Source of the DNA: Clostridia bacterium
GTDB taxonomy: Bacteria; Bacillota; Clostridia; RUG12999
Assembly: GCA_045644605.1 (NCBI GenBank)
Contig: JAZRHB010000056.1
Location: 1 to 46,194, forward strand
Reading direction: 5' to 3'
DNA length: 46,194 nt
In this document: piece by piece, positions 43,498 through 46,194 of the stretch
How positions within the stretch are numbered: the first letter of the stretch is position 1
Layout of the letters: every line of letters starts with the position of its first letter
Made by a program: the position numbers and the translations under genes
The notes under the pieces: model-generated
Database searches by the model: none
The model's input: the letters and a program-made list of their open reading frames with translations, nothing else
Told to the model about the DNA's origin: nothing

Positions 43498-44229
43498 ATG
43501 GACAAGCAGAAAATTTTAAAACAGATTTCAGTTCTGGTAATATGTGCCATATTGGGATTTGCTCTGTCCATGCAGTTAAAAAGCGTTTACAAAAATGAGC
43601 TCAGCACAAATACCACAGTAAGAAACGAAGAGCTAAGAAGAATGCTTACAACAGAAAAGGAAAAGAATGCATCTTTATATGAACAGGTTTTGCAGATGCA
43701 GGAAACAATAGATACGTACAGAGAATCAATAGAACAGACCGGTTCGGCTTACCAGGGTATGCAGATGGAGTTGGAAAATGCAAAAAAACTTTCCGGGCTT
43801 ACTGACGTTTACGGACCCGGAATTACGGTTACGCTTGAAGATGCGAATGCCGCAAACATGGTAGGACCGGCAGAATATTATGTTATCCACGACAGTGATG
43901 TGCGTGCGGTTGTAAATGAACTTCTTGCTGCGGGAGCAGAGGCGGTTTCCATAAACGGTGAACGTGTTGTTGCAACTACCGCCATAAGATGTGTAGGACC
44001 TACAATTCTTGTAAATAATGTAAGAAGCAGTGTTCCGTTTGTGATAAAAGCAATCGGTGACCCGCTTGCTCTTGAAGGGGCAATGAATATGAATGGCGGA
44101 ATTGTAAGCGAACTTCGTGCATATCAGAATAAGGTTACAATTCAGCGCTCCGACAGAATTGATATGAAAGCATATACCGGAGCACTTACGTTCAATCACG
44201 TAACGAGCGTAAAAAAAGAAGAATCTTGA
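43498..44229 (+). CDS. DUF881 (YlxW/YlxX-like) division-associated protein
   Basis: TM helix, coiled coil, then GPGITVTLED...IHDSDVRAVVNELLAAGAEAVSINGERV, the typical DUF881 core. Confidence 0.85.
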   Translation: MDKQKILKQISVLVICAILGFALSMQLKSVYKNELSTNTTVRNEELRRMLTTEKEKNASLYEQVLQMQETIDTYRESIEQTGSAYQGMQMELENAKKLSGLTDVYGPGITVTLEDANAANMVGPAEYYVIHDSDVRAVVNELLAAGAEAVSINGERVVATTAIRCVGPTILVNNVRSSVPFVIKAIGDPLALEGAMNMNGGIVSELRAYQNKVTIQRSDRIDMKAYTGALTFNHVTSVKKEES

Positions 44230-44251
44230 TTTTGGAAAGGAATGTATCCTT

Positions 44252-44623
44252 ATGTGGGTTATACTCGGACTTCTTGTTGGAGTTTTTGCCGGACTTATGA
44301 CAAATTTATATATACCTCCGGAATTTTCACGGTATCTTTCGGTGGCGATGCTTGCGTGTCTTGATTCGGTGTTTGGTGCTGTTGTTGCACATATGCAAAA
44401 AACTTTTAATGTAAATATTTTTATTACAGGATTTTTCTCAAATGCACTTATTGCGGCAGGTCTTACGTTTATCGGCTCGCTTATCGGGGTGGATATGGGA
44501 CTTGCGGCAACAATTGTTTTTGGTACAAGAATGCTTAATAATGCCGCATCAATCCGAAGATTGTGGTTTAGTATAAGGCGTGCAAAAAAAACCGAAAAAG
44601 AAAATAATGAAGAAAATTTATAA
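44252..44623 (+). CDS. sbp: Small basic protein Sbp (DUF1290)
   Basis: 123 aa. YLSVAMLACLDSVFGAV and FFSNALIAA blocks plus a basic tail. Same position as B. subtilis sbp. Confidence 0.85.
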   Translation: MWVILGLLVGVFAGLMTNLYIPPEFSRYLSVAMLACLDSVFGAVVAHMQKTFNVNIFITGFFSNALIAAGLTFIGSLIGVDMGLAATIVFGTRMLNNAASIRRLWFSIRRAKKTEKENNEENL

Positions 44624-44629
44624 AAGGTA

Positions 44630-44666
44630 TTGAATTATTGAAAAAAATGATATATAATTATATAAT
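44630..44666 (+). promoter_or_regulatory. Two overlapping sigma-A-like promoters upstream of ftsZ
   Basis: TTGAAT (44630-35)-17-TATAAT (44653-58) and TTGAAA (44638-43)-17-TATAAT (44661-66). Confidence 0.45.
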
Positions 44667-44695
44667 AGTGAGATAATACATAGGAGGATTGTGTT

Positions 44696-45892
44696 ATGTT
44701 TGATTATAATGAACAGAGGCCCGGTAGTGCTGTTATTAAAGTTGTCGGAGTAGGCGGCGGCGGTAACAATGCGGTAAACAGAATGATTGAGCACGGCGTA
44801 AAGGATATAGAATTCATTTCAGTTAATACAGATAAACAAGTGCTTGTAAGCTCGGGCGCAAACAAAAAAATTCAGGTTGGTGAAAAAATTACTAAAGGTC
44901 TTGGCGCAGGCGCAAATCCGGAAATCGGTAAAAAAGCTGCAGAAGAAAGCAGAGAAGAAATTGCGCAGTCTATTGAAGGCGCTGATATGGTATTTGTTAC
45001 AGCCGGCATGGGCGGCGGAACAGGTACAGGTGCTGCTCCTGTAGTTGCAAAAATTGCAAAAGATATGGGTATCCTTACAATTGGTATCGTTACTAAACCT
45101 TTTACAATTGAAGGTAAAGTAAGAACAACACAGGCAGAGTCCGGTATTGCGGAACTTAAAGCCAATGTTGACACTCTTGTTATTATTCCTAACGACAGAC
45201 TTCTTATGATTGCCGATAAGAAAACTACTGTTAAAGAAGCTTTCAGAATGGCAGACGATGTTCTTCGTCAGGGGATTCAGGGTATATCCGATGTTATACA
45301 GCGTGAAGGTGATATTAACCTTGACTTTGCAGACGTTCAGACAGTTATGAAAGACCGCGGTCTTGCTCATATGGGTATCGGCCGTGCAAAAGGCGAAGAC
45401 AAAGCTGAAATTGCTGTTAAAATGGCTATCAACAGTCCGCTCCTCGAGACAACTATCGACGGAGCAAGAGGTGTTCTTCTTAACATCACAGGTGGTAATG
45501 ACCTCAGTCTCTTCGAAGCTGCTCAGGCTGCTGAAATTGTTAAAGAATATATTGACGATTCTGCTACATTTATTTACGGTATCGCAATGGATGATTCTCT
45601 TGAAGATGAAATTGTTGTTACTGTTATCGCTACAGGATTTGATGATCCGGCAGAAAAAGTAAAACCGATTTTACCGCCGATTCCTCCGAAAAAGGAAGAA
45701 GTAAATTTTGACCCGGTTGCTCGTCCGGCAGATCCGAAAGCAAATTATACAACAGCTGTTGATAATTTCTTACATACATGGGAAAACAAACAGAGCGGTT
45801 ACGGCTCCAAATTTGTTGCACCAAAACAGACCGAAGCAGGAAAAGATGATAACGGTCTTGAAATTCCAGTATGGCTTTCAGGAAATAAATAA
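44696..45892 (+). CDS. ftsZ: Cell division GTPase FtsZ
   Basis: [13 protein letters not shown], tubulin signature [16 protein letters not shown]. Conserved C-terminal peptide [11 protein letters not shown]. Confidence 0.98.
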   Translation: MFDYNEQRPGSAVIKVVGVGGGGNNAVNRMIEHGVKDIEFISVNTDKQVLVSSGANKKIQVGEKITKGLGAGANPEIGKKAAEESREEIAQSIEGADMVFVTAGMGGGTGTGAAPVVAKIAKDMGILTIGIVTKPFTIEGKVRTTQAESGIAELKANVDTLVIIPNDRLLMIADKKTTVKEAFRMADDVLRQGIQGISDVIQREGDINLDFADVQTVMKDRGLAHMGIGRAKGEDKAEIAVKMAINSPLLETTIDGARGVLLNITGGNDLSLFEAAQAAEIVKEYIDDSATFIYGIAMDDSLEDEIVVTVIATGFDDPAEKVKPILPPIPPKKEEVNFDPVARPADPKANYTTAVDNFLHTWENKQSGYGSKFVAPKQTEAGKDDNGLEIPVWLSGNK

Positions 45893-45953
45893 GAACCCGA
45901 CCCGCTATCGCAATCAAAGATTGCGAGCAGGTACCCCGGAACCTTGCTGTGTT
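45893..45953 (+). repeat. Copy B of the ~60-nt repeated 3'-UTR element
   Basis: GAACCCGACCCGCTATCGCAATCAAAGATTGCGAGCAGGTACCCCGGAACCTTGCTGTGTT. Starts right after the ftsZ TAA and ends before the terminator. Homologous to 8336-8395. Confidence 0.6.
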
Positions 45954-45972
45954 CCACATAAAGAAAATGTTA

Positions 45973-45997
45973 AGAGTGGCGAATGCCACTCTTTTTT
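45973..45997 (+). terminator. Rho-independent terminator of ftsZ
   Basis: AGAGTGGC/GCCACTCT stem with a GAAT loop, then T6. Confidence 0.85.
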
Positions 45998-46000
45998 CTA

Positions 46001-46030
46001 TTGAAAATAAGAGGCTCGGTGTGATATAAT
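46001..46030 (+). promoter_or_regulatory. Sigma-A-like promoter (TTGAAA-18-TATAAT, extended TG)
   Basis: TTGAAA at 46001-46006 and TGATATAAT ending at 46030. Implies a 5' UTR of about 100 nt for the next gene. Confidence 0.5.
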
Positions 46031-46139
46031 TAATATTATGGAAATGCTTTTAATCCTGACTTGACACGAACCTAAAGCGGATGTCAAATATTATTGGCAG
46101 GAAGAAATTTTTGGAAAAATTTATGGAGGGAGTTAGAAA

Positions 46140-46194
46140 ATGATTCATTCAATATTGATTATCGGTCAATCTAATATGGGGGGTAGAGGGTTTA
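46140..46194 (+). CDS. Sialate O-acetylesterase-like (DUF303/SGNH) protein, 5' partial
   Basis: MIHSILIIGQSNMGGRGF: the GQSNMxGRG block is the hallmark of this esterase family. SD GGAGGGAG upstream. Truncated by the window end. Confidence 0.7.
   Translation, partial: MIHSILIIGQSNMGGRGF

Noticed and set aside
1-46194. Scan for CRISPR arrays, IS elements or transposases, integrases, phage genes, toxin-antitoxin pairs and known defence systems
   Set aside because: No spaced direct-repeat array was seen. No DDE, serine or tyrosine recombinase motifs and no restriction, Abi or nuclease-helicase modules were recognised in any ORF. The window reads as core chromosome apart from 2.3-10.2 kb.

Overview
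AT-rich chromosomal segment from an endospore-forming Firmicute, probably class Clostridia. The evidence is spoIIGA-sigE, yabP-yabQ-divIC-yabR, CotF-like coat genes, a DUF1540 gene, a DUF421/DUF4363 pair and an SLH wall protein. Most of the window is core housekeeping. It holds efp with an M24 aminopeptidase, a Ca-type P-type ATPase, a Clp ATPase plus HtrA, tepA, thrC and ilvE. It also holds a complete but trimmed dcw cluster: mraZ-rsmH-ftsL-PBP-murE-mraY-ftsW-murG-murA-ftsQ-DUF881-sbp-ftsZ. I recognised no rRNA, tRNA, CRISPR array, transposase, integrase, phage gene or known defence gene. The least explained part is 2342-7947. It contains a tightly packed five-gene operon: a Php/PTER-type amidohydrolase, an M24-fold protein that has lost both canonical Asp metal ligands, and three tandem diverged paralogues of a protein I cannot place. 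By eye the paralogues show a (beta-alpha)8 pattern. A P-loop kinase-like/CYTH fusion follows the operon. Other points worth a second look: a ~60-nt element present twice, each time between a stop codon and its terminator (after an orphan ORF and after ftsZ). A consensus-like promoter plus strong SD is fused to an 85-codon ORF with no start codon. A perfect 12-bp inverted repeat brackets the SD and start codon of a small coat-like gene. MurE carries DNPA instead of DNPR. A four-box MraZ operator and a 57-aa DUF1540 gene absent from the ORF track complete the list. All family assignments come from reading motifs by eye; no searches were run.
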